Below, one piece after another: positions 1 to 7,564 of a stretch of DNA of 60,319 nucleotides (positions within the stretch are counted from its first letter, which is position 1; every line of letters begins with the position of its first letter). Origin of the DNA: a virus. Taxonomy: Duplodnaviria; Heunggongvirae; Uroviricota; Caudoviricetes. The notes beneath the pieces were generated by a model. The model was not told where the DNA came from. It did no database searches and saw only the letters and a program-made list of their open reading frames with translations. Location of the stretch: the IMG/VR virus record IMGVR_UViG_2870495154_000003. The stretch is one strand, 5' to 3'. The translations under genes were made by a program, and so were the position numbers.

Positions 1-90
1 GGTCATGGCCTCCATAGTGATGGCGGGTCCTCCTTGTGGGGTGCCCTGCCACGGGGCGGGAGCATCGCGGAAAAAGGCTAGTTTTTGCAT
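1..90 (-). CDS. Hypothetical protein, 5' fragment (start codon at 88..90; remainder lies before the window)
   Basis: Identical to the 5' end of ORF 10203..10577 (MQKLAFFRDAPAPW...). Confidence 0.4.
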   Translation of the reverse strand, partial: MQKLAFFRDAPAPWQGTPQGGPAITMEAMT

Positions 91-251
91 TTTTATTCGT
101 CATCACCACCAATGCAATATATTGATATGACTTGATGTTTTATTTTTCGGTGTCGATTTCGATTGTTTTTTGTTCATCACTGACGCATAACGCCCACCAG
201 CGCAACGCTGAAAGCCAGTCAGTAAACTGGCTTAGGTCATTGTGCACTACG

Positions 252-794
252 TTACTTGTCTTTATCCGACTGAAACTTATCAGGCACATTTCCGGTAGTT
301 TCCATCAGATAATCGGACAGCATTCGCGGGATGTTTTCATCAAGTTTTGTGCATGCGTTACAGGCTCTGACAACTTCTTTTTTCAGGCCATCCAGCATGG
401 CGGGGGTCATCTGTGGGAAGCTCCTTTGCATAGTAAGCGGCAGGCTGCCCATGATTGAAGAAATCTGACTCGCCAGTTTTGAAAGCGCATATATACAAAA
501 TTCCGTACTAATCACATCGCCGCGTTCGCGCTCGTTTTTAAGCTCCTGCGCCTCCGCCTGCGCTGTCAGCAATCTGATCCTGACTCGCAAAAGCTCATCA
601 TTATCAATCTCGCCTTTGTCGTCTGTAATCTGGTTAATTGCATTGCTAACCCGATTGTCTATTACGCTGGCAACATCATAAAACGCCTCGCGGCCTTTAC
701 GTTCAACGGGAGTCACTCCCCACTTGTCGAACGCTGTCGCACTTACACGGCAGCTTTGCGCCATGTTTTTTTTGTTCATCAGGTGCGATTTCAT
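252..794 (-). CDS. Terminase small subunit, lambda Nu1-like
   Basis: ORF 252..806 trimmed to the ATG at 792..794, which has a GGGGA SD 5 nt upstream (an ATG at 777..779 is an alternative). C-terminal half matches recalled lambda Nu1 (RLTxAQAxAQELKN..., FC, LPLxxQRxFP); the N-terminal DNA-binding region is diverged. Sits immediately downstream of a lambda-type cos. Confidence 0.8.
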   Translation of the reverse strand: MKSHLMNKKNMAQSCRVSATAFDKWGVTPVERKGREAFYDVASVIDNRVSNAINQITDDKGEIDNDELLRVRIRLLTAQAEAQELKNERERGDVISTEFCIYALSKLASQISSIMGSLPLTMQRSFPQMTPAMLDGLKKEVVRACNACTKLDENIPRMLSDYLMETTGNVPDKFQSDKDK

Positions 795-879
795 CAATAT
801 CCCCACTTAAGTAATGTTTCAGGTTGGTGTATTGGCTTTATCTTTTCCTTTTTATTCATAGAGATAGAGCGAACAACAA

Positions 880-995
880 AACCACCACCAGCACCCGAAA
901 AAGGCTCATAAATAGCGAAAACCCGCGAGGTCGCCGCCCCGTAACCTACCGGATCGCCGGAAAGGACCCGCCAGCCAGAACGGGCCCTAATTTCA
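880..995 (-). other. cos site region; cosN 12-nt cohesive-end sequence at 928..939
   Basis: Minus strand reads CGGGTCCTTTCCGGCGATCCGGTAGGTTACG-GGGCGGCGACCT-CGCGGGTTTTCGCTATTTATGA, matching recalled lambda cos (right end, cohesive end, left end) with a few substitutions in the cosQ-proximal part; sequence diverges beyond ~35 bp on the TerS side. Recurs in every copy (cosN at 11415, 21898, 32385, 42872, 53359). Confidence 0.8.
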
Positions 996-1379
996 TCAAC
1001 CAATCAACTTATAGCGACCATCCCGTGCATTGCGACGTACACGCTCAATCTTGAGGCATAGCGCCGCATCTGGCTTTTTTGGGACAGGTACGCGGCAATA
1101 TTCAGAAGCTCGAGGAATATTGTTTATCCAGTCGATCACTTCACTTAAATACCAGGCCTTACGCCCTTTCGTAACCTGTACGCGTTCGGGGAACTCTCCG
1201 CGAGCCTCAAGGTTTAGCAATGTGCGACGGCTAAGGGTAGTAAGTTCCATCACCTGATTCATATCAACAAGGCGTTCACTTAAACGCATTTTGTCAGCAA
1301 TAGCCTTTAATTCCTCTACTGCTGGATCCGGATACATCATTTCGGCAATTGGCTTAAGGTCATTGTAATGATTCTGCAT
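996..1379 (-). CDS. AlpA/Xis-like helix-turn-helix DNA-binding protein (127 aa)
   Basis: ORF with GGGGGA SD 5 nt upstream; central motif LTTLSRRTLLNLEARGEFPERVQVTKGRKAWYLSEVIDWI resembles AlpA-family HTH. Lies between the decoration gene and cos/TerS. Confidence 0.6.
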   Translation of the reverse strand: MQNHYNDLKPIAEMMYPDPAVEELKAIADKMRLSERLVDMNQVMELTTLSRRTLLNLEARGEFPERVQVTKGRKAWYLSEVIDWINNIPRASEYCRVPVPKKPDAALCLKIERVRRNARDGRYKLIG

Positions 1380-1390
1380 TGTATCCCCCT

Positions 1391-1732
1391 TTACACACGA
1401 GCCAGCGGCTGAACAGAAATACCTGAGCCAACAAACGCGGCAACCTTTGCCGACAGTTCTTTTACAGACTCAGGCCAGTTCAGAGCATCAACATTTAAAA
1501 CACCTGTCTTATAAACCTGTGCCTGTGTTTTTTTCGCTGTGTCGATTTGTACAGCGGAAACATAAACCGCTTTACCTACGCTCGAACCATCCCATACCAC
1601 CAGTGCACCTGTTGCATCTTCCTGCATCAGTGGCGTAAATGCAGGAATTACCCCTTTATTAGCTGAAAATATCCCCAGCGTAGTCACCAGTGCTTCAGTG
1701 CCAGCCATGAGTTCAGTGTAATGAGTAGCCAT
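1391..1732 (-). CDS. Head decoration protein, lambda gpD-like (113 aa)
   Basis: Collinear similarity to recalled lambda gpD (PAFTPLM / PAMTPLM, LVVWDG / LVAWDG, YKTG / YKSG, NWPE / LWPE, AFVGSGIS / AFAGTAIS). Starts 10 nt after the capsid gene stop. Confidence 0.75.
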   Translation of the reverse strand: MATHYTELMAGTEALVTTLGIFSANKGVIPAFTPLMQEDATGALVVWDGSSVGKAVYVSAVQIDTAKKTQAQVYKTGVLNVDALNWPESVKELSAKVAAFVGSGISVQPLARV

Positions 1733-1741
1733 TGCTCCCCC

Positions 1742-2788
1742 TTAGCCAATGCGAACGGTAACAAAACGATTGATGCGGGCCGGTATTGGCTGTGGTGCTG
1801 AATGTGTCTGCACATATTCAATAGCCGGATCACCAGGCACAATATAGTTTTTCGGTGCAAGTTCGGCTTTAGTCAGCCCCATTCGGATTAGCTCCGGATC
1901 CTGAATACCGCCATAGGCGACAATCCCCTGAAGAGCCGTATTGCCAAGCACCATCAAATCAGGATCAAGGAAATGTTTTTCTGTTCCGTCCTCGTCGGTA
2001 TAACGCCCGCTGTAAACAACAATCGCAACATCGCCCATATACCCTTTAAAACTCACCGAATCACCAAGGTCTTTAAGGGCCGTTTCCAGTTCGGAATTAG
2101 AACCACGACGGGTATCCAAAGCCTCTTTTATCGCTCTGAATGAACGGTATTTCTTCCATACATTACCACCCATAATGATGATATTAGTGACGCCCTCACT
2201 AAATTCTGCGTAGCTCTCAATATCATCATTTGGATCAAAAGTTTCTTTATCCTTACCTGACCACTCAGTACCGCCAGACTGAGTGATGATATTTTGTGGT
2301 TTTATATTCCAGTCCAGCTCATAACGTTCAATACCATCGCCCTCAATGATATTTTTCCCCGTTGTGATTGCCTGAACAGCAAGCCATTCAATACGTGCAC
2401 GAATAGCTTTAGCCTGATTTACAATCGCCTGTTTAACTTTAATATTACGCGCCCCAAAAGCATTGTATTGCTCAGGTGACACACCAGCAGGGCGCACAGC
2501 TAACTTATTTGGATCAATGCTGCTTTTCGGCTTCATATAACCTGGACGAATTGTTTTTGATTCGTATCCCTCATCTCGTGAAACTTTACTGCCCACCATA
2601 GGAGAGCAAAACGCCGCGATCGGGATATTTGGATCGTCGATCGTATCAAGAATAATGTCTCTCGATTCAAACATTACCGAGCGAGTGAAAAACAAACTGG
2701 TAAACAACGCATTTAATTTTTTTTGCACATCTTCAGCATTAGCCACCTGCACAAGCTGTGTAGGCGAATATAAATCAACCATACTCAT
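1742..2788 (-). CDS. Major capsid protein, lambda gpE-like (348 aa)
   Basis: ORF 1742..2869 trimmed to the ATG at 2786..2788 (MSMVDLY..., AAAGAGG SD adjacent; lambda E begins MSM). Motifs NIITQSGGTEWSGKDKETFDPNDDIESYA, DTRRGSNSELETALKDLG, GDVAIVVYSG, MVLGNT, QSAP match recalled lambda gpE. Confidence 0.85.
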   Translation of the reverse strand: MSMVDLYSPTQLVQVANAEDVQKKLNALFTSLFFTRSVMFESRDIILDTIDDPNIPIAAFCSPMVGSKVSRDEGYESKTIRPGYMKPKSSIDPNKLAVRPAGVSPEQYNAFGARNIKVKQAIVNQAKAIRARIEWLAVQAITTGKNIIEGDGIERYELDWNIKPQNIITQSGGTEWSGKDKETFDPNDDIESYAEFSEGVTNIIIMGGNVWKKYRSFRAIKEALDTRRGSNSELETALKDLGDSVSFKGYMGDVAIVVYSGRYTDEDGTEKHFLDPDLMVLGNTALQGIVAYGGIQDPELIRMGLTKAELAPKNYIVPGDPAIEYVQTHSAPQPIPARINRFVTVRIG

Positions 2789-2953
2789 CCTCTTTACATT
2801 CATTACAAATAATTGTGAATATATTCTATTACCGATGTCTGCTATGCGAATACATGCAACCAAGTGCAATGTTGTATAAAATATGCCGTAACAACTTCAG
2901 TGCTGATAATTCGTGTTAATGTATTTACTTCCTTTGGTCGGGATTTATGTAGC

Positions 2954-2995
2954 ATGCCGGAAAATCTATTTTTTTCCGGCATCTTTTTGTTTGCA
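2954..2995 (+). terminator. Intrinsic-terminator-like hairpin (11-bp stem ATGCCGGAAAA / TTTTCCGGCAT, 7-nt loop) followed by CTTTTTGTTTG
   Basis: Read directly from the sequence. The T-tract follows the stem only on the plus strand; on the minus (gene) strand the hairpin sits 17 nt after the ssb stop with no U-tract. Confidence 0.5.
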
Positions 2996-2999
2996 GAAT

Positions 3000-3422
3000 T
3001 TAAAACGGTATATTATCGCCGTACGGATCATCATTCCCCGACTGTTGTTTTGCCCTGTTCAGTGCGTCAGTGGCCTGCCCCTGCTGGCCTTTTTTGCCGC
3101 CCGGTCGCGCCGTTCGCGCACTGATTACACTGTCTGCGATAACCTGCCAGCCCTGCCGCGTTTCGCCGTTCTGGCCTGTCCACTGGCTTACCTGCATGTT
3201 ACCCGCCACGCTCACCAATTCGCCTTTGTGGTGTTTTGCCAGTGCGTCGGCCTGTCTGCCAAACGCCAGGACGGATAACCACATCGTCGCCGTTCCGTCA
3301 TCTGCCTGGCTGCACGGCAGGGGAACCGCCATACTCGCCATCGCCATTTGTGTCCCTTTGCTGGTGGTCTTTAACTGCGGGTCAGCCACCAGCCGCCCGT
3401 AAGCCGCTATCTGTGCTGTCAT
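3000..3422 (-). CDS. ssb: Single-stranded DNA-binding protein (140 aa)
   Basis: OB-fold-like core (WLSVLAFGRQADALAKHHKGELVSVAGNMQVSQWTGQNGETRQGWQVIADSV), Gly/Gln-rich linker and acidic C-terminal tip DDPYGDNIPF, comparable to E. coli SSB ...DFDDDIPF. ATGA overlap with the upstream ORF. Confidence 0.8.
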   Translation of the reverse strand: MTAQIAAYGRLVADPQLKTTSKGTQMAMASMAVPLPCSQADDGTATMWLSVLAFGRQADALAKHHKGELVSVAGNMQVSQWTGQNGETRQGWQVIADSVISARTARPGGKKGQQGQATDALNRAKQQSGNDDPYGDNIPF

Positions 3423-3664
3423 GCTGTCTGCTCTCCGGTTTTAACGTTGATGGTTGTCACCTGTTCCGCTTCGGCAATCTCCCGTTCTGTCAGCGTGGCA
3501 AAGTTTGCAGCTGCCGTTGTCATGAATGAGCTAATCAGTTCGGGATGTGCTTTCGCATATCCTTCCCCGGCGTTGCGGTCGATGATTTTTATCGACACCC
3601 TTAACCAGTGTTCCGTCAAATCAAGGGCGTGCGATTGTGATTTTTTTGTGTGCTTCGCTGTCAT
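3419..3664 (-). CDS. Hypothetical protein (81 aa), translationally coupled to ssb
   Basis: ORF in track; its stop overlaps the ssb start (ATGA). No recognisable motif. Confidence 0.45.
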   Translation of the reverse strand: MTAKHTKKSQSHALDLTEHWLRVSIKIIDRNAGEGYAKAHPELISSFMTTAAANFATLTEREIAEAEQVTTINVKTGEQTA

Positions 3665-3712
3665 AGGCTTTATCTCACAGCAGTAAATTAAAATTTTTGC
3701 GTTTTAACCCTT

Positions 3713-3937
3713 CACCTGTTCACCTTTTGATATTTTATCTTTTAATTCATAATGTTAAGGGGTGAACAGTTTCACAAAAACTATTCACCAACTGTTCACC
3801 ACTGTTCACCCTTGAAGCTCAATAAACAATCAAAAAGGTGAACAGTGAATAGTTTGGTGAACAGTTCATAAATAACTGTTCACCCTATAACATACTGATA
3901 CAAAAGATATTTATGACAGGGTGAACAGTGGTGAACA
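3713..3937. repeat. Iteron cluster / putative replication origin: about 9 copies of GGTGAACAG in both orientations in AT-rich DNA
   Basis: GGTGAACAG or CTGTTCACC at roughly 3716, 3762, 3793, 3803, 3838, 3859, 3877, 3919 and 3929, directly 3' of the primase-helicase gene. Recurs in every copy. Confidence 0.7.
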
Positions 3938-3951
3938 GTTATTCCATAAGT

Positions 3952-5769
3952 TTAATTTTTGCTATCGTCATTAGTGACCGATACACATGATGGCATCCAG
4001 TCTTCTGATTCCTCCGTCAGTGTCACGTTTGAACGCAAACCGTGCTTCGTTTTCCGTTTCATATACTCCCTGCCATATTCCGCCATTGCCCCCGGCATAT
4101 CTTTACCGAAGCGCGTCAGTGTTACAGGTTTACCAAACCCATGTGCCTTCATATAAGCCAGATAGGCATGATAGAGATACCTGCGCGGGCTGAATGGCAC
4201 AATTTCAGCATTACCCACTAACAGGCCATCACACATTACCGACGCCATGAGATAGCCGCAGAAGTCCACCAGCGAATCACCTTCACGCTTTATCGCGAGT
4301 GCTTCTTCTGATTTCTGCTGCTCATATAAAAGGCGTCTGGCTTCGTCCTGGTCAGCAAACCGTGTAAGCAGATGACGAATCACTACCGCCAGCTCACCTT
4401 CTATTTTTTCCGCCAGCATTGAATCGCGTTCGTTCTCCGGTACAACTTCCGAAAAATTGAATATCACCCGACGGCGCGAGATCCCCCCACTGCGGTCACT
4501 GAATGACATAGCGTTATTGTTAACCGCCAGCACTACTGCCGGGATACGCGTTGAATATGGGGCTTTATGTTTTGGGTCGATTGCCACCTTGTCACCGCCT
4601 GTAATAGCCTTAATTCCCGCCCCATCACCAGCGTAGCGGGTCATATCCGGCATGATAATCAGCGAAAAGCCAACCACTAACGCGCGTTCCCTTGCATCTT
4701 CCAGCGCCTTCATGCTCGCTGATACTGTATTAGCCTTACCCGCCAGCATGGTGCAAATCTCCGCCATCACGCTTTTACCACTTCCCCCTGGACCTGTTAC
4801 CTCAATGAATAACTGCCAGTCGTACCGGTTCGCCAGCACCATGAATAATGCAGCCAGTACGCGATCCGCCTTGCGGTCATTCTCAGCCACCGAACGGCGT
4901 AACCACTTCCAGAAATTCGGCGCATGTGTTGCCAGCGTTTCCCCCTCTGCTGGTGGGCTGAAAGGTAATTCACTGGCAATTAACAACCAGTCGTTTTTGT
5001 TATGCTCCCGAAAATTACCTGTTCTGGTATCAAATACCCCGTTACTGAATCCAATCAGGTTACGGGCTGTATTCCCCATTACAGGCAAACTTAACTTCAT
5101 GGTATCGACCGCCGATTTAATGGCGTTCTGCGAATAGCTGATCTCCGCATCAATGAAAATCTGTGCCATAGCTCGCTGTAATTCTTTATCCTGTACTGGC
5201 TCCCATACAACGCCGTTGTAATGGTGAACAGTGTCAGAGTCAGCATGAATCGCCAGTTCACCGCCATAATGTGCCAGGAGAACTTCGCCGCGTTGACTTG
5301 CTCCCATCTGGTTAAGCGCCAGTGATGAAGCGTTATCGTCTTTTACCCGCTCTTTTTTCTTTACAGGCAGTTCAACTACCTTTTTCTTTTCCGCCAGCTC
5401 TCCCCGCTCACGTTCCAGATATTCGCGCCAGTTCTCCCGTTTCTGGCTGTGCATTCCTTCAGGGTAATAATCAGCATCCCTGACACCTGCCGCTGCCAGT
5501 TTCTGCCCGATGGTATTAACAAGCCCCGGACGCAATAACCCCGCCTGGTAGAGACGCACGCGATAGCGTCCGTCCGGTACGATTTGCAGGTTGTCCAGTT
5601 CGGCAAGTTGTTGCTCTCCAAGCCAGACAGGTGGCACGTTATCGCCAGCCAGTCGCCCGTCCTGTTCCTGCCACTGCGTCGCATGTGCCCACGCATCACT
5701 ACCCGCAAAAATGATGACTTCCGTCATTTTGTCACGCGGCTGGTGTTTTAAATTTGGCGCTTTTTTCAT
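3952..5769 (-). CDS. Primase-helicase, P4-alpha / D5-type (605 aa)
   Basis: ORF 3952..5784 trimmed to the ATG at 5767..5769 (GGAGAGAG SD; ATGA overlap with upstream ORF). Walker A GPGGSGKS in the C-terminal NTPase region; overall layout typical of satellite/PICI primase-helicases. Confidence 0.85.
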   Translation of the reverse strand: MKKAPNLKHQPRDKMTEVIIFAGSDAWAHATQWQEQDGRLAGDNVPPVWLGEQQLAELDNLQIVPDGRYRVRLYQAGLLRPGLVNTIGQKLAAAGVRDADYYPEGMHSQKRENWREYLERERGELAEKKKVVELPVKKKERVKDDNASSLALNQMGASQRGEVLLAHYGGELAIHADSDTVHHYNGVVWEPVQDKELQRAMAQIFIDAEISYSQNAIKSAVDTMKLSLPVMGNTARNLIGFSNGVFDTRTGNFREHNKNDWLLIASELPFSPPAEGETLATHAPNFWKWLRRSVAENDRKADRVLAALFMVLANRYDWQLFIEVTGPGGSGKSVMAEICTMLAGKANTVSASMKALEDARERALVVGFSLIIMPDMTRYAGDGAGIKAITGGDKVAIDPKHKAPYSTRIPAVVLAVNNNAMSFSDRSGGISRRRVIFNFSEVVPENERDSMLAEKIEGELAVVIRHLLTRFADQDEARRLLYEQQKSEEALAIKREGDSLVDFCGYLMASVMCDGLLVGNAEIVPFSPRRYLYHAYLAYMKAHGFGKPVTLTRFGKDMPGAMAEYGREYMKRKTKHGLRSNVTLTEESEDWMPSCVSVTNDDSKN

Positions 5770-6059
5770 TTCTGCTCTCTCCACGCGGCAATCATGTTTT
5801 TCAGTTCCTGTAGTTTTTTATCCACACGTGACACATGGTTATTTCTGGAAAGCGGGATTTCCCGCCTGAATCTGCTAATAAAGATCTCCACGTTCAGCGA
5901 ACTATGAAATGAATAGCCATCACGAATAAAATAAACACGGTCAAACATCAGTTCTTTTACCGTTACTCTGTTACCGTTCTTATCCAGATAAATAGCGCCG
6001 GGGATAATTTTTGGGTGTGCATAACCGCTGGCAGTCAAGCCAGATAAATATGTTCTCAT
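5766..6059 (-). CDS. Hypothetical protein (97 aa), translationally coupled to primase
   Basis: ORF in track; stop overlaps the primase ATG; GGGGA SD upstream. Confidence 0.5.
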   Translation of the reverse strand: MRTYLSGLTASGYAHPKIIPGAIYLDKNGNRVTVKELMFDRVYFIRDGYSFHSSLNVEIFISRFRREIPLSRNNHVSRVDKKLQELKNMIAAWREQK

Positions 6060-6065
6060 GATTAT

Positions 6066-6386
6066 TTATCCCCGATTTGAATCAGTATTCGCTTTCTTTA
6101 TGGCATTTAATGCATCTGTGGCATTTTCAATGGTGCACCGTAACGAAATATCAAACTGCCCAAGCATTGCCAGTAACAAGCCAATATTCCCCATGTCAAT
6201 GCGCATAGCCTTTTCGTCATATTCCTCATTTTCTGACGCATGCCACATCAGGCTACCAATTGACGCAACAGCCATTGATATATTGTCAGTAGCCCCATCC
6301 GCAGCGGAATAAACCTTTTTAGCAATATCATGCTCACAGTTAAAATGCGGATTAATCAGGTACTGGTAATTTGACATATCAGGCAT
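6066..6386 (-). CDS. Hypothetical protein (106 aa, [15 protein letters not shown]...)
   Basis: C-terminal part of ORF 6066..6821; the upstream part of that ORF is Pro/Arg/Leu-rich and looks off-frame. ATG at 6384..6386 overlaps the stop of the upstream ORF (ATGCCTGA). Confidence 0.45.
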   Translation of the reverse strand: MPDMSNYQYLINPHFNCEHDIAKKVYSAADGATDNISMAVASIGSLMWHASENEEYDEKAMRIDMGNIGLLLAMLGQFDISLRCTIENATDALNAIKKANTDSNRG

Positions 6387-6918
6387 GGCACACCCCCTGG
6401 CGAATACGGGCGGCGAATACAGCAACACAACCGGACGGGCAGCGGTTACGCGCTTCACGTTCCGTCCAGGCGGTGACGTGGATGATTTGATGGTCTGACG
6501 CGCCAAAGATGATAAAGCGCCAGAGAAAGGCGGTTTGAGAATGTACAAGGGTAGGGATAGTAGCCATGTTGGCAGCCTCCTTTGACAGTGAAGAATTTCC
6601 ACCGCAGGAAACGCCAATTTCGCTGGCGGTGGACTGAACGGGGTTGGCGTAACCGGCGTCAAAGGGAACCGGCGCTTCCGAAGAAGCCCCCGCCCAGCCC
6701 ACCATAACTTTGATGTGAGCGAATGCGGACGATAAAAAAGACGCTGGCGCGTCATATATCGCCTTTGACATTTCCAGGACGCCAATCCCGGCACCAGATT
6801 TTGCTGGTGCGGATAAATCATAGCCCTGGCTTGCAGTGGCGATCAACTGGTTTTTTACACCCGCTTTATTCAGGTTGTGCGAGTCCCGCCCTTGCGGGTG
6901 TGTGGTATGATTTCTCAT
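6379..6918 (-). CDS. Hypothetical Ala/Gly/Ser-rich protein (179 aa; alternative 62-aa start at 6567 with AGGAGG SD)
   Basis: 3' part of the 429-aa ORF 6379..7668; in-frame ATG at 6916..6918 with GAGG SD, just beyond the divergent operator region. Confidence 0.3.
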   Translation of the reverse strand: MRNHTTHPQGRDSHNLNKAGVKNQLIATASQGYDLSAPAKSGAGIGVLEMSKAIYDAPASFLSSAFAHIKVMVGWAGASSEAPVPFDAGYANPVQSTASEIGVSCGGNSSLSKEAANMATIPTLVHSQTAFLWRFIIFGASDHQIIHVTAWTEREARNRCPSGCVAVFAARIRQGVCHA

Positions 6919-7015
6919 AGCGACCTCGATACTATCGTTATCGTTGGTGGTTAGAAGCCCCGTTACTGCTCCAACAGTGCGGGGTTTCGTCGTTTCTGCA
7001 CCTTGCATCAACAAG

Positions 7016-7067
7016 GTGTTGAACACCAATGTAAACTCAGGTGTTGAACACGTCAAGTGTTGAACAC
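7016..7067. promoter_or_regulatory. Operator-like array: three copies of the 11-bp palindrome GTGTTGAACAC
   Basis: Sites at 7016..7026, 7041..7051 and 7057..7067, in the ~200-bp divergent intergenic region between minus-strand ORF start 6918 and plus-strand ORF start 7118. Recurs in every copy. Confidence 0.6.
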
Positions 7068-7117
7068 TTGTTTTTTTTCCTGCATACTGCATTTGTTTTT
7101 TGTGAGGGGTACACAAC

Positions 7118-7297
7118 ATGGCGACAAAAGCAGTAAACGCAAAATCACAAACAGTTGCGGCAAGGGTTCCGCATGAAGTTATGAACAATGTTGAGGCGGT
7201 AAAAATGCCTGGTGAAAGTACAGGGCAATTTGTAACAGCAGCATTAAAGCGAGAAGTTGAATACCGCCAGCGACGCAAGGCTAAAGAGCAAGAATAA
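7118..7297 (+). CDS. Small ribbon-helix-helix-like DNA-binding protein (59 aa), putative regulator
   Basis: Not in the ORF track (below 60 aa). ATG at 7118 with GAGGGG SD 7 nt upstream; translation [59 protein letters not shown]; directly downstream of the palindromic operators. Confidence 0.55.
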   Translation: MATKAVNAKSQTVAARVPHEVMNNVEAVKMPGESTGQFVTAALKREVEYRQRRKAKEQE

Positions 7298-7354
7298 TCA
7301 CTATCAGCGCTGTGGTGTGAGGTACTCCGGCGCATTGCTTTACAGGTCGGCACT

Positions 7355-7564
7355 ATGAGCAAAAAATACCTATCCACTGAAGAGATTTTCGCAGAACAAC
7401 GAAGATTGCTTTTACAGAGCATTGTTGCACGCCAGAAAGAAAAGGCACACGCTAAACAAATGCCACCAAATACAGAACCAGCGCCTACAAAATTTGCGCT
7501 TGATGAGTTTCTCAATAAACAGCCCCGGGTAATGAAAGCTAACAGGAACCGCCCACCAGGCTGA
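7355..7564 (+). CDS. Hypothetical protein (69 aa)
   Basis: ORF in track, co-oriented with the RHH gene and followed by a plus-strand terminator. Confidence 0.4.
   Translation: MSKKYLSTEEIFAEQRRLLLQSIVARQKEKAHAKQMPPNTEPAPTKFALDEFLNKQPRVMKANRNRPPG

Noticed and set aside
1742-2869. 375-aa extent of the capsid ORF, and the 184-aa extent of the TerS ORF (252..806)
   Set aside because: Both track ORFs begin at non-ATG (GTG) codons upstream; internal ATGs with Shine-Dalgarno sequences (2788 and 794) match the N-termini of lambda E and Nu1 better.
3713-3937. CRISPR array
   Set aside because: Repeats are only 9 bp, occur in both orientations with irregular short spacing, and sit beside a primase gene; they are iterons, not CRISPR repeats.
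4652-5137. Plus-strand ORFs antisense to the primase, ssb and integrase genes (e.g. 4652..5137, 3070..3402, 3236..3529, 8567..8773)
   Set aside because: They lie entirely inside well-supported minus-strand genes, lack SD sequences and have non-protein-like composition; treated as antisense artefacts.
6066-6821. 251-aa minus-strand ORF as a full-length gene
   Set aside because: The N-terminal 145 residues are Pro/Arg/Leu-rich, typical of off-frame translation of GC-rich DNA, and overlap a different frame with better protein-like composition. Only the C-terminal 106 aa from the internal ATG at 6386 are kept.
7118-7564. RHH plus 69-aa ORF as a toxin-antitoxin pair
   Set aside because: The 69-aa protein shows no resemblance to RelE/ParE-type or other toxin folds I can recognise; position next to operator palindromes fits a repressor module better.
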